Assembly (NCBI GenBank): GCA_013239625.1
Contig: MU054323.1
Coordinates: forward strand, 9,641,186-9,705,185
Length of the DNA: 64,000 nt
Reading direction: 5' to 3'
Source of the DNA: Lama guanicoe
Lineage: Eukaryota
The notes beneath the pieces were generated by a model that was not told the DNA's origin, did no database searches, and worked only from the letters and a program-made list of their open reading frames with translations. Of the stretch, positions 1-12,254 are shown in pieces (the stretch's first letter is position 1; each line of letters begins with the position of its first letter). The translations under genes were made by a program, and so were the position numbers.

Positions 1-319
1 AGCTCAGGGTGGACCAGGCCACACCCAAGAGCCTGGGGAGAGAGGCTGGCAGGGGCCTGGCCAGCCTGAGATGGAGGAGGGGAGGGCAGTGCCAGAACCC
101 CTCTTCCCTCACCAGCACTGCTCAGGTGCTCAGCTGGGTGGCTGGGGGCAGGGGAAGGAGGTGGGCCAGGCCAAGTGTAGGCCAGGGAAGGGCTCAACCA
201 TGGCTGTGCTGATCACTGTCCCCCACCTGACAGCCTCTGCCTGTGACTCAGACAGGCCTTGTCCCCTGGCTGCCAGCCCGGCCTCATCCTGGAGGCTTTG
301 CCAGCCAAACACAGCTAAC

Positions 320-338
320 TGGCGCCCTCTAGTGCCTG
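320..338 (-). promoter_or_regulatory. candidate CTCF binding site
   Basis: Minus strand reads CAGGCACTAGAGGGCGCCA; 13/14 match to the CTCF core CCASYAGRKGGCRS. Confidence 0.55.
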
Positions 339-2004
339 CCTCTCACGGCCCAGTTGCCCGTCTTGGAAACGGCACATCACACACAGCTGCCCTGAGCCAG
401 TCCCCAGACCTATCATATACCTCCCAAACAAGGACACTTCTGAGAGTGAGAGGGGGCTCTGTTGATAATGAGGTTGGGACAGCAGACAAAACGGGACTGT
501 CCCAGGCAAGTCAGGGCATCTGATTGCCCCACTCCCCGTTGTAGCTACCAGAACCATCTCTGGGAGGTGTCCCATTTAGGTAAATGAGACCCCAATAGCA
601 CGAGGCCTGGGAGAATAGGTGGTCAAGGAACGTGTGATGGATAAACAATGATCAGCTACACTTGGTTGTGGTAACCGCCAGTTCCATCTGGGCAGCAGGC
701 AAGCTGCGTCCAAAGCTCGGTGTGAAGCAGAAGGAGGGCTCTGGTTCTGGAGTCTGGCGCAGAGCAGGAGGGCTGGTCGGGGGGCTAATGGAGCCAACCC
801 CCACACATCAGCCTGTGACTAGTCAAGACATCCCTCCTCCTGCCATTTTGGGTCTTGCTGGGGCAAGAGAAGGACTTCTTGACTGGGTGGCCTCTTCCTT
901 CTGGTTTTGCCGGGGGGGACCTCTGTCTCCCAGGTCGTCCTCCTCGTACCAGCTTCCAAGATGACCTCTGTTCTGCTGGGCGCCCTTGGTGACTAACACA
1001 GCAAGTGTGTGGGCCGCCGCCTGTCCTGGCTTCCACCCTTCCCCCTCCATTTCCTCATCACCGCCTCGTGGCTTCTCGGGGCAAGGCTTCAGGGAGGTGT
1101 GATAATGCTGACTCCGCGGGGCACCCTGACGTGGGCTGATGTAAGGTGGCCGGCATCTGTGACCCCTGCACCCAATAGGTCCCAGCGCAGGGACTACATC
1201 TTACCCTCGGGGAGCCGGCAGAGCTGTCATACATGCAGATAAACCTAGTGGAAAGCCCACGGGCCAGAGCCAGGGCAGAAGGACCAAAGCAGGCTTGGGA
1301 GTGCAAGAGGGCATGGTGCCTTAGGACCAGAAAGCCCAGAGAAGACCCTGCAGGATGGGAACAAAGGGTTTCCACAGGCGGATGTGGGGGGAGGGCCTGC
1401 TAGGGCGCAGTTTGCGGGGAGCTTAGGGGAAGGGCTCTGGGGTGGCACTCTGTGCATGTGTATAATTTGAAGAGACATGTAAGTGAATTTTACAAAGTCA
1501 GGCAGATTTAGGGGCTGGGCAAACTTCATTTTGAAGAGTTCTTGGCCTAGGGATGACTGGGCAGTTCTGATGCCTTGTGTGGGAAAGGGAAGAGAGCTTG
1601 GAGTTGGTTTTTGTGGTCCTCAAACCAGTTTGCCCACATCCTTGGCATCTGTGCTCAGGGAAGGACTTGTTTGGAGCCGTTCGTGTCTGGGCCTGCGGGG
1701 CAGAGTGCCTACATGAGGCCAGCGGTCTTCCCAGGAGCTCCCCCCGGGTCACTGGCCACTGCTGGAGTGGCCGGAGCGTCCGGCTCTGCCCGCTGTCCTC
1801 CTCCTGCTCCTCGCTCACCCCGCCCCTGCCCTGCAGCAGCCGCAGTCCACAGGTGCGGGCCGTGGGCTCAGCCCCACACAGGCTCCTGCCACAGCAGCTC
1901 TGCTTTCTGCACCGCCTTTTCTCTCCCCGGGGCCCTGGCTGTAACATAAGACTTCCTTCTCCTGCCCACACGAAGGGCTCTGCACAACCAGCCACAGACA
2001 CACA

Positions 2005-2223
2005 AGCGCTGGGTCTGGAGCACAATACCCTGGGTTTGAGATCAGGCTCTGACGTTCACGAGCTGTGTGGCCTTGGGCAAGTCAAACTCTTTGAACCTCA
2101 GTTATCTCATCTGTAAACTAGGGATAATGACATTTGATGGTACTTACCTCATGGGGTCGTCATGAGGCTGCAACGCGTGATGCACGTGCAAACACTTTGC
2201 ATGGGGCCCCGCGGATGGGAGGG
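2005..2223 (+). mobile_element. MIR SINE
   Basis: MIR core: ctgtgtggccttgggcaagtc...cctcagttatctcatctgtaaa...acctcatggggtcgtcatgagg. Confidence 0.8.
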
Positions 2224-2236
2224 ATTATTATTGCTG

Positions 2237-2520
2237 GGTTTATTTTTTCATAATAATGTGTCAAGTTCCAGTGTAGAGCACAATTTTTCAGTTATACACG
2301 AACAGGTATATATTCATTGTCACATTTTTTTCACTGTGAGCTACCACAAGATCCCATATATATTTCCCTGTGCTACACAGTATAATCTTGTTTATCTATT
2401 CTACACATGCCTGTCAGTATCTACAAATTTTGAAATCCCAGTCTGTCCCTTCCCACCTCCTGCCCCCTTGGCAACCACAAGTTTCTATTCTATGTCTATG
2501 AGTCTGTTTCTGTTTTGTAT

Positions 2521-2565
<45 letters not shown>

Positions 2566-3877
2566 GATTCCATATATGAGCAATTTCATATGGTGTTTTT
2601 CTTTCTCTTTCTGGCTTACTTCACTTACAATGACATTCTCCAGGGACATCCATGTTGCTGCAAATGGTGTTATGTTGTTGTTTTTATGGCTGAATAGTAT
2701 TCCATTGTATAAATATACCACAGCTTCTTTATCCAGTCATCTGTTGATGGACATTTAGGCTATTTCCATGTCTTGGCTATTGTAAATAGTGCTGCTATGA
2801 ACATTGGGGTGCAGGTATCTTTCTGAAGTAGGATTCCTTCTGGATATATGCCCAGGAGCAGGATTCCTGGGTCATATGGTAAGTCTATTCCTAGTCTTTT
2901 GAGGAATCTCCATACTGTTTTCCACAGTGGCTGCACCAAACTGCATTCCCACCAGCAGTGAAGGAGGGTTCTCTTTTCTCCAAAGCCTCTCCAGCATTTG
3001 TAATTTGTGGACTTTTCAATGATGGCCATTCTGACTGGTGTGAGGTGATACCTCCTTGTAGTTTTGATTTGCATTTCTCTGATAACTAGTGATATTGAGC
3101 ATTTTTTCATGTGCCTATTGATCATTTGTATGTCTTCCTTGGAGAATTGCTTGTTTAGGTCTTCTGCCCATTTTTGGATTGAGTTGTTTGTTTTTTTCTT
3201 ATTCAGTCATATGAGCTGCTTATATATTCTGGAGATCAAGCCTTTGTCGGTTTCATCATTTGCAAAAATTTTCTCCCATTCCATAGGTTGTTGTTTTGTT
3301 TTACTTATGGTTTCCTTTGCTGTTTAGAAGCTTGTAAGTTTAATTAGGTCTGATTTGTTTATTCTTGCTTTTATTTCTATTACTTGGGTAGACTGCCCTA
3401 GGAGAACATTTTTGAGATGTGTGTCAGGTAATGTTTTGCCTGTATTTTCTTCTAGGAGGTTTATTGTATCTTGTCTTGTGTTTAAGTCTTTGATCCATTT
3501 TGAGGTTTTTTGTGTGTGTATGGTGTAAGGGAGTGTTCTAGCTTCACTGATTTACATGCTGCTGTCCAGTTTTCCCAACACCATTTGCTGAAGAGACTGT
3601 CTATTCCATTGTATATTCTTGCCTCCTATGTCAAAGATTAGTTGACCAAAAGTTTGTAGGTTCATTTCTGGGCTCTCTATTCTGTTTCATTGGTCCATAT
3701 GTCTGTTTTTGTATCAATACCATGCTGTTTTGATTACTGTAGCTCTGTAGTATTGTCTGAAGTCTGGGAGAGTTATTCCTCCAGCCTCTTTCTTTTTCTT
3801 CAGTAATGTTTTGGCAATTCTAGGTCTTTTGTGGTTCCATATAAATTTTATTGTGATTTGTTCTAGTTCTGTGAAAT
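2237..3877 (-). mobile_element. young 5'-truncated LINE-1 (camelid-like 3'UTR plus ORF2 C-terminus)
   Basis: Minus-strand ORF2 C-terminal peptide ([19 protein letters not shown]...LWKTVWRFL...[16 protein letters not shown]). 13-bp TSD attattattgctg at 2224-2236 and 3878-3890. Confidence 0.93.
2518..2563. repeat. (TATT)n microsatellite, ~11 units, inside the L1 3'UTR
   Basis: Perfect tetranucleotide run read directly. Confidence 0.95.
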
Positions 3878-4844
3878 ATTATTATTGCTGTTTTCATACC
3901 ACACATGGCCCAAACAGAACAGTCACCCAAGAACAGAAACACTGCTGAGTGCAGCTTAAGTGCTTGGCGCTGCTTCTTTATTCATTCAGTCCTGTCTAGT
4001 GAGCCTACTGTGTGCCAGGCACTGTTCTAGGCACATGGGTTATACAAATACGGGCCCCCACGGTCTTGGGAAGGAGCTCCCCCACACCCCAATCTATCCA
4101 GCACACACTCTGACCTCTCTTCTGCATCCACAAATCTAGCCTGAGAAGTCAGGCAACTTCAGGCAGCTAGGAATTCTCTTCCTAAGTACCTCGCAGTCAC
4201 CTGATGACCCAGCAGAAGCCCTTAAGTGGATAAACAAGGTCATTCCAATACTTGCTGGAACACTCAGAGCATTATAGCAAGAACAGAGCACAATCATTAA
4301 GTCTAATGGCCCATTTTACAGATGAGACAATTGGGGTCCAGAAAAGTTTAACTGCCTTGCCCTCTGTTACACAGTTGGTTAGTAACACATTTATTCATTC
4401 AGTCAACATTTATTGAGCTCCTACTCTGTGTCATCCTCTGGGCACCAGAGACAAGGCTCTGCCTTGGTTTTGGTGTATGTGAGCAAGTAAGCTAATTTCA
4501 GGCAGTGATGAGTGCTAGGCAGAAAATGGGGTCTCTAGATAGGGAGGGGAGTGCCTAGGGGTTAGGGGGGTTAGGGAGGTCAGGGGAGGCCTCAGGAAGG
4601 GCTGGCTTTTAAGCTGAGAAAGCAAGTAAAAAGCTTGAAGGACTCCAGCGATCCCCTTCCTCCACTTACAAGGCAGAGGACTACCTCTCCATCCCTGCCC
4701 TGTGGGAAAAAGAAATGTCATCAGAAGAGAAAATGAAGGGAGAGCAAGGCTTTCTGAGCCTAAAGCTGGGCAGCTGTGGCTTAAAGAGCCAGGTGGTCCT
4801 CTTTGTTACACAGAGCTCAGGGAGCCTGAGGCTGCTTTTGTTTT

Positions 4845-5350
4845 TTGATACTTCATTTTTTAGAGGAGTTTTAGGTTCACAGCAAAATTGAGCAAAAAGT
4901 GCAGAGAGTTCCCATATACCCATGATCAACAGATACCCTCTGTGCTGCATGTGCACAGCCTCCCCGCCATCACCATTCCCACCAACGCGGTACATCTGTT
5001 ACAGTCCACGAACCCACATTGACATGGATCATCCCCCAGAGTCCACGGTTTACCTTAGGGCTCACTCTTGGTGGTGTGCACTCTATGGCCTTTGACACTT
5101 GCTTCTGTCCTTATAATATCAGACAGAGTAGGCTCACTGCCCTAAAAATACCCTGCACTCTACCTATTCATCCCTCCCTACTAGCCCCTGGCAACCACTA
5201 ATCTCCATCGTTTTGCTTTTCCTGGGATCTCACAGAGTTGGAATCATAGCATGTAGCCTTTTCAGATTGGCTTCTTTCACTTAGTAATTTGCATTTAAGT
5301 TTTCTCCATGTTTTTTCATGGCTTGATAGTTCTTTTTAATGCTGAGTTAA
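4845..5350 (-). mobile_element. old LINE-1 3' end (L1MC-class)
   Basis: ttttaggttcacagcaaaattgagc...gttcccatatacc...ctggcaaccact...cttctttcacttagt. Paralogous to 30091-31228. Confidence 0.8.
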
Positions 5351-6019
5351 ATTCCTTGTCTGAATATTGGGGCTCCTTTTGTTTGGGGTTTGGGTTTTCA
5401 TTTGGGCTTTTATCTAGCTTTTTCTGCAGTAAGTTCAGCCTGCAAGACTTTCCCTCCTCAGTGGTGAGGGTGGAGCAGGGATGTGGCTGAAAAGGATGTG
5501 GCCTCTCTGGGCCCAAAGGCTGCATCACCCCCGGTCTCCAACAGGTGGCCACACCACCCTGCTCTGGCCAGCTTCTAGCCAACAATGATTGTGTGGGACA
5601 CGGGCATCTCGGGAGATTGTGTGAGGGAACAGGGTAGAAGTGGTGGCCCGTCCCCATGGGCCACCTCTTTCTCCTTCCGTCTCCCCAGGCAACTCGGGTA
5701 GCTGAGCTATAGTTTTTGGTTTGGGGAAGGGAGAGCACCTGGAGTATTTTGCCATTCCCATTCTTCAAAGAAAGAGGTTCTGGTGCCTGGCCCTCACACA
5801 ACGCTGTCTTCTAGAAACTTCCGTCATCCTCACCAAGGGATCTGATCCTAAGTAGTAGTTCCCTGTGCAAATAACCCCATTTACATGGCGGGGGAGCCCC
5901 CCTGGGGTAAGGAGAAAGGATGCTGGTATAGTCTGCTCTTAGAACCAGCAGCCTAAAGGGGAAAATATTTCTGGAGGAAGAGGCTGCTCCTTTTGTCAGT
6001 AAGATGGAGCCACGACAAC

Positions 6020-6453
6020 TGTGAATGCATACAAAAAACATGGGATATCCACACAAAATATTATCCAGCCGTACACAGGAATGAAATTCTGATAAACGAT
6101 AAATATGAATGAGCCTTGAAAACAGTTTGCAAGGCAAAATAAGCCAGACGCCAAAGGATGGTCATTGCGTGATTCCACTTATCTTACATACCCGAACAGT
6201 TAAATTCATAGAGACAGCAGTTAGGATGGTGGTTGCCAGGGGCAGGTCGGGGGAGGAGGGCGATGGGGAGTTATTGTTACTGGGGACAGAGCTTCAGTTT
6301 CAGATGATGAAAAAGTTCTGGAGACGGATGGTGATGATGGTTGTACAATATTGTGAATATACTTAATGCCACTGAACTGTACACTTAAAAATTATTAAAA
6401 TGATAAATGTTATGTTACATATCTTTTACTGCCATAAAAAAACTTAAAAAAAA
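6020..6453 (+). mobile_element. old LINE-1 3' end (L1MB-class)
   Basis: aaagttctggagacggatggtgatgatggttgtacaa...aatgccactgaactgtacacttaaaa, followed by an A-rich tail. Confidence 0.8.
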
Positions 6454-7267
6454 AGGTTGAACTAGGATCATAAAGTGCACAAAGCCCACTGAGTTCTTTC
6501 AGTTTTGTTCCTACAACCCTGCTCTGTAACAGTCACACGTGGAGCCCTGCAGCCCCCACCCAACACCTCAAGGAGGGGGACCTCCCTACCTTGAACAAGC
6601 ATTGACTCTTAAGCTGAAAGCCCTGAGATGGTGCCTAATCGCTGAGCCTCAGTTTCCTCATCTGTAAAATGGGGGAAAGAATGCTCGCCCCATCTAATGT
6701 CACAGGCTCGCTGAGGTTACGTACGTGAAAGTGCTTGTAAACGCCGAAGCACTAGGCACAGATAAGGAATCATTAGCGATATCATCCTCACTGCCGCCCT
6801 TGATCGTTGGCTCCCTTTGGGGACAGCTCTAATCGTTGGAAGTTCAGGCAGAACTGTGAAGTAGCAAAGGTTGCTCTTGGTATCACCTCACCTCTTAACA
6901 CACGTCTTAGGGTGGCCCTCTTCATTTGGCAACTTCATGCTCCATTCCAACCCTCTCTTATCTGGTTTTTTTTTTTTGTCACTGATCTTTTTAATAATCT
7001 AACATAAAAATACTAAATTAAATAGATAGCCTGGTTTTCTAATAGAGTCATTTGCTATTTCCACAGTTGTTACTTTAAAAAAAATTACAATTCTGGGTCT
7101 TTTGAGTTGTTGCTGTTTCACTTACTTGGATTTCAGGGAGAGAGTCAGGTCATCCCAGTTACTTCATATAATCCTCTTATAGTAGAAGCTGAAGCACAGA
7201 GAAGTCAAGTCTCCTTGGGTTTGACCGTGAGCAATGCTAACCTCCTGTCTGTGTCTTGTCTCGGGAA

Positions 7268-8160
7268 CTGTTAGGGAAAACCCACTTCTCCTGTGTGTCT
7301 CCTTCACTGTCACACTTCTGTCACACTCACAGCTCTTCTGATGCCAGATGTGTGGGTTCCCCCCTTACACCAAGGAATTTTGTGACACCAGCTGGATATC
7401 CTACAGTTTAATTTGTAATTTAATTCAATTCTAATGCTGTCTCCCTGGGGACAGCAGTTTAAGTGCCACAGGTTAAGAGCTTAGTCCCACAAAACTGCTC
7501 CCTGCCCCACTTTAGATGCCACTTGCGTGCCCAGGTTGTCACATGTGCTGCTGACTGATTCCTACAACTCCCCCTCCTTGGGTTTGACTAGTTTGCGAGC
7601 GTGGCTCACAGAGCTCAGGAACAGGTTACTTACTGTTTGCCAGTTTATTATGAAAGGGTGTCCACAGCAGCAGCAGGGGGGAGAGATGCAGAAAGCAGGG
7701 CGTGTGGGAAGGGTGTGGAGCTTCCGTACCTCTCCGTGCACGCTCCTCTCCCAGCATCTCCACGTGTCCACTGACCTGGAAGCTCTCTAGACCCTGGACT
7801 TTTGGGATTTTTATGGAGGCTTCATCACATAATGATCAATCATTAACTCTACTTTCCCTCTCCCCTCTCTGGAGAACGCAAGGAGTGGCTGAAAATTCCA
7901 AGCTTCCAATCATGGCTTGGTCTTTCTGGTGACCATCTCCCATCCAAGAACCACCTCATTAGAAAAGACACTGCAATTGCCCAGGAAATTCCAAAGGATT
8001 TAGGGACTCCGCATCAGAAACCAGGGTCAGAGACCAAATATTAGGACAAAAGATGCTCCTGGTGCTCTTATCACTTAGGGAAATGCAAGGGTTTTAAAAA
8101 CTCTGTACCAGGCACTGGGAGACGAATAGATAGAGGTATAGATATTTTTCTATTATCTCT
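7268..8160. mobile_element. solo LTR, MER21-like
   Basis: Starts TGTTAGGG. Contains caccagctggatatcctaca...agtcccacaaaactgc...ggctcacagagctcagg...ggtctttctggtgacca, motifs typical of MER21-type LTRs. Confidence 0.65.
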
Positions 8161-9542
8161 TAAGAACTAGGGTGCCACCTCCTCCAGAAAGCCTTTCCAG
8201 ATACTTCCTCCCTCGTCCCTCATCTGAGCCAGATGGGGTTTGGGGAGCTGTGTGATGCAGTGAATGTGTAAGTGAAATTATAAAGACCTGGTTTGAATTC
8301 TGCCATCATTTACCATGCATGTGACCTTGTCAAACCTCTCTAAGCCTCAACATCTCTCTGTAAGTTAATAGCAATCAATTATTTAACAGGAGAGTAATGA
8401 AGATTAAATGATCTAACCAACACTTTTAGAACATGGAGGGCACTCAATGAATAAATGTTTCCTTCCTCTGAACTCTCACAAGCTCTTTATCTGAGCTTTC
8501 AGCCTTGTGTTATAGGTATTTGTGTCATTCATTCATTCAACAAACATTTATCTGAATATGAAGACTATAAGTATTATGAAGAAAACTAAAGATAAGGGAG
8601 GATGGTTTGGAAAACCTTCACTGATAAGGCATCATTTAGGCAGAAAATTGAGGGAGTGAACCCTGTAAATATCAGAGAAGGATGTGGGGGGAAGAGCAAG
8701 GTTCCTGAGGCAGGCACATGCTGGTGTGTTTGAGGAACAGCACGGAAGCCAAGGTGGCCAGTTCAGAGTGAGCTAGAGAGGGAGGGAGGAAGAGCAGAGA
8801 AGCAGCAAGGGACCATGTGGCCTGGGGACTTGGTCAACTGTGGCAAGGACTCTCTTTGCTTCTTGCTGAGGTGGGAAGTCAGTGGGGAGTGTTGAACAGA
8901 AATATGAAAGAAATGACCAAGGTCTTAAAAGGATCGCTTGCACTGCTGTGTCCTACACCATTGAATTACCGTCACAAGGGTAGAAAGAGAAAGATTGTGT
9001 AGAGGCTATTGCAATCATCCAGGCAAGAGGTAATAGTGGCTTGGACCAGGAAGGCAAATGGAGGTAGAAAGAATGGTCAGATTCTGAATACATACTGATT
9101 TGAAAGTAGAGCAGAGATTACTTTCTGGGGAGTGAGAAAAGGAGCTAACCAAGGTTTTTGCCTGGGGACTGTGAAGACGGAGTGCCTATCACCAAGATGA
9201 GGAATGTACAGGGAAAAACAGGTTTGGGCGGGGCAGAGTGGGAAGTTGGAATTTGGTTTTGTATTTACCCGGTTATGACTATTTCCCACGCTCTTCATTT
9301 GTTTCTAATGACCCAAGTTTCCTTGTACTGCTTTCATTCAGCCTGAGAACTTCCTTTACCATGTTCTGTAGTGAAGATCTGCTGATGGTGACTTTTTTAA
9401 GGTTTTCTTTATCTGGAGATATCTTTATTTTATTTTTAGTCTTCAAGGATGTTTTTGCTGGGTATAGGATTCTGGGTTGGAAGTTTTTACTTTCAGTACT
9501 TTACAGATGTTGCTCCACTGGTTTCTGGACTCTGTTGTTTCT

Positions 9543-10941
9543 TTTCTTTCCTGTCCCCTACACTTTTTTCAGCTTTATTAAGGTATAATTGACAAAAGTG
9601 TTAGGTATCTAAAGTATACAGCAGGATGATTTGATATATGATACATTGTGGAAGAACTGCCCGCATCGAGCTGATTAGCATATCCATCACCTCACATATT
9701 TACCTTTTTTGGGGGGTAGGGTGAGAATATTTAAGTTTTCCTCTCTTAGAAAATTCCAATTATACGATACAGTGTTATTAACTTTAGTCACCATGTTACA
9801 CATTAGATCCTCAAACCTTATTTATCTCATGCTGAAAAGTTTGCACCTATTTCTCCTACCTACAGCCCCTGGCAACCCCTATTTTACTCTTTGTTTCTAT
9901 GGTTCTGAGCCTCCTTTATTTTAGATTCCACATATGATACCATGAAATATTTATCTTTGTCTGTCCGCCTTATTTCACATAGCATTATGCCCTCCAGTTT
10001 CATCCATGTTGTTGCAAATCACAATTTCCTTTTTTTTTAGGGCTGAACAAAACACCATTGTATGCATGTACCACCCTTTCTTTATCCATTCATCTGTTGG
10101 CAGACACAAGGTGTTTCCATACGTTGGCTATTGTAAATAATGTTGCAATGGACATGGGAATACAGATATCTCCTTGAGATAATGGTTTTGCTTCTTTGGA
10201 TATATATCCAGAAGTGGGATTGCTGAATCATATGGTAGTTGTATTTTTAATCTCTTGAGAAACTTCTATATTGTAGTGACTGTACCAATTTACATTCCCA
10301 ACAATAATGCACAAGGGTTCCCTTTTCTCCACATCCTCATCAGCATTTTTCTCTTGTTTTATTGATAATTTCCCTGATGATTGGTGATGTTGAGCACCTT
10401 TTCATGTACCTGTTGGTCATCTGTATATCTTCTTTGGAAAAAATGTCTATTCAGGTCCTTTGCTCATTTTAATTTTTTTTATTATCGACTTTTTATTAAG
10501 ATTATAAATTTAAACAAATAATATGAACAGTTTTACCCAGTGATATACAATTCTGAATGCACAAAAATACCAGGGAACGAGGGAGAAAGGCCAGGAAAGG
10601 AAGGGATGGCAACTTGTTTTGGAGTCCACATGGTGCTGATGGCAGAGAACCGGAGGAGCTCCAGATGAACCCCAACTTTTTACAACAAAAGGTTTTAAAT
10701 TAAACAAAATCTATTGAGCTGAAGACACAGGACAGGGTTCTCACAGGCTCGAACAATGCTGGTTTCATGAAATGCAACCGAAGGCTGAACCAGGACAGTG
10801 CAACTTAGAAGCACACACACAAACACCACATCTGACCAGGAACTTCCCTTTGCTCATTTTTAAATTGGGTTATCTGGTTTTTTGCTATTGAGTTGTATGA
10901 AATTTTTTTGTATATTTTGTATATTAACCCCTTATTTGATA
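9543..10941 (-). mobile_element. L1MA-class 3' end, itself interrupted by a retrocopy
   Basis: cagctttattaaggtataattgaca...; ORF2 C-terminal region; degenerate TSD ctggactctgttgtttct (9525-9542) and ctggccttcattgtttct (10942-10959). Confidence 0.8.
10471..10846 (-). pseudogene. retroposed (processed) mRNA 3'UTR fragment, parent gene not identified
   Basis: Perfect 14-bp TSD cctttgctcatttt (10457-10470 and 10847-10860); T-run at 10473-10480 is poly(A) on the minus strand; AATAAA on minus at 10492-10497; interior is not repeat-like. Confidence 0.8.
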
Positions 10942-11513
10942 CTGGCCTTCATTGTTTCTGATGAGAAGTCAGGGTCATTTGAATTGTTTCTCCCCTCTAT
11001 ATGTAATGTATCTTTTTTCCTCTGGCTACTTTCAAAATTTTCTCTTTATCTTTGGTTTTTACCAGTTTGACTACAATGTGCCTGTAAGATGTTTTCTTTG
11101 TATTTATCTTGCTTGGGGTATACTGGCCTTCTTGAATCTGTAAATGCGTATCTTTCCCAAATTTGGAGGGAAATTTTGGATATTATTTTCTAATTATTTT
11201 TCCTGTCCAATAATCCCTTCCCTTCCCTTCCAGGATTCCAGTTACACGTGTTGGACATTTTGATAGTGTTTCTTAGGTCTCTGAGGTGCTATTCATTTTT
11301 TTCCCAAACTTTATCCCCCCTCTTTCTTCAGATTGGATGCTTTATACTGATCTAACTTCAAGGTCATTGACTCTTTCCTCTGTTGTCTCCATTCTGTTGT
11401 TAAGCCTATTCAGTGAATATTGGATTTCAAACATTATCTTTTTCAATTCTAGAATTTCCATTAGTTTTTTATAAAATAGAGTTTATTTCTCTGCTGAGGT
11501 TTCCTATCTTTTC

Positions 11514-12254
11514 TTTCTTTTTTTTTTCCAGTGCCTTCACTTTCTTTTTTTTAAACATTTTTTTATTGAGTTACAGTCATTTTACAATGTTGTGTCAAAT
11601 TTCAGTGTAGAGTATGATTTTTCAATTACACATGAACATACATATATTCATTGTCACATTTTTTTTTTTTGCTGTGAGCTACCACAAGATCCTGTATATA
11701 TTTCCCTGTGCTACACAGTACAATCTTGTTTATCTATTCTACATTTTGAAATCCAGGTCTGTCCCTTCCCACCCCCCTGCCCCCTTGGCAACCACAAGTT
11801 TCTATTTTATGTCTATGAGTCTGTTTCTGTTTTGAATTTATGTTTTGTTTTGTTTTGTTTTAGATTCCACATATGAGCGATCTCATATGGTATTTTTCTT
11901 TCCCTTTCTGGCTTACTTCACTTAGAATGACATTCTCCAGGGACATCCATGTTGCTGCAAATGGCGATATGTTGTCAGTTTTTATGGCTGAATAGTATTC
12001 CACTGTATAAATATACCACAGCTTCTTTATCCAGTCATCTGTTGATGGACATTTAGGCTGTTCCCATGTCTTGGCTGTTGTAAATAGTGCTGCTATGAAC
12101 TTTGGGGTGCAGATGTCATTTTGAAGTAGGGTTCCTTCTAGGTATATGCCCAGGAGCAGGATTCCTGGGTCATATGGTAAGTCTATTCCTAGTCTTTTGA
12201 GGAATCTCCATACTGTTTTCCACAGTGGCTGCACCAAACTGCATTCCCACCAGC
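11514..12254 (-). mobile_element. young 5'-truncated LINE-1, same subfamily as 2237-3877, with short 3' transduction
   Basis: ORF2 C-terminus ([24 protein letters not shown]...LICGI); 12-bp TSD tcctatcttttc at 11502-11513 and 12255-12266. Confidence 0.93.

Noticed and set aside
1..2000. GC-rich ORF-dense start as possible FOSL2 exons
   Set aside because: No bZIP or FOS-like peptide in any frame.
2760..3125. 121-aa ORF, and similar ORFs at 11860-12237, 30638-30874 and 52933-53145
   Set aside because: Fragments of LINE-1 ORF2 in truncated elements, not host genes.
4558..4586. Telomere-like TTAGGG x2 / G-quadruplex
   Set aside because: Only two units within a decayed L2 region; too short for an interstitial telomeric repeat.
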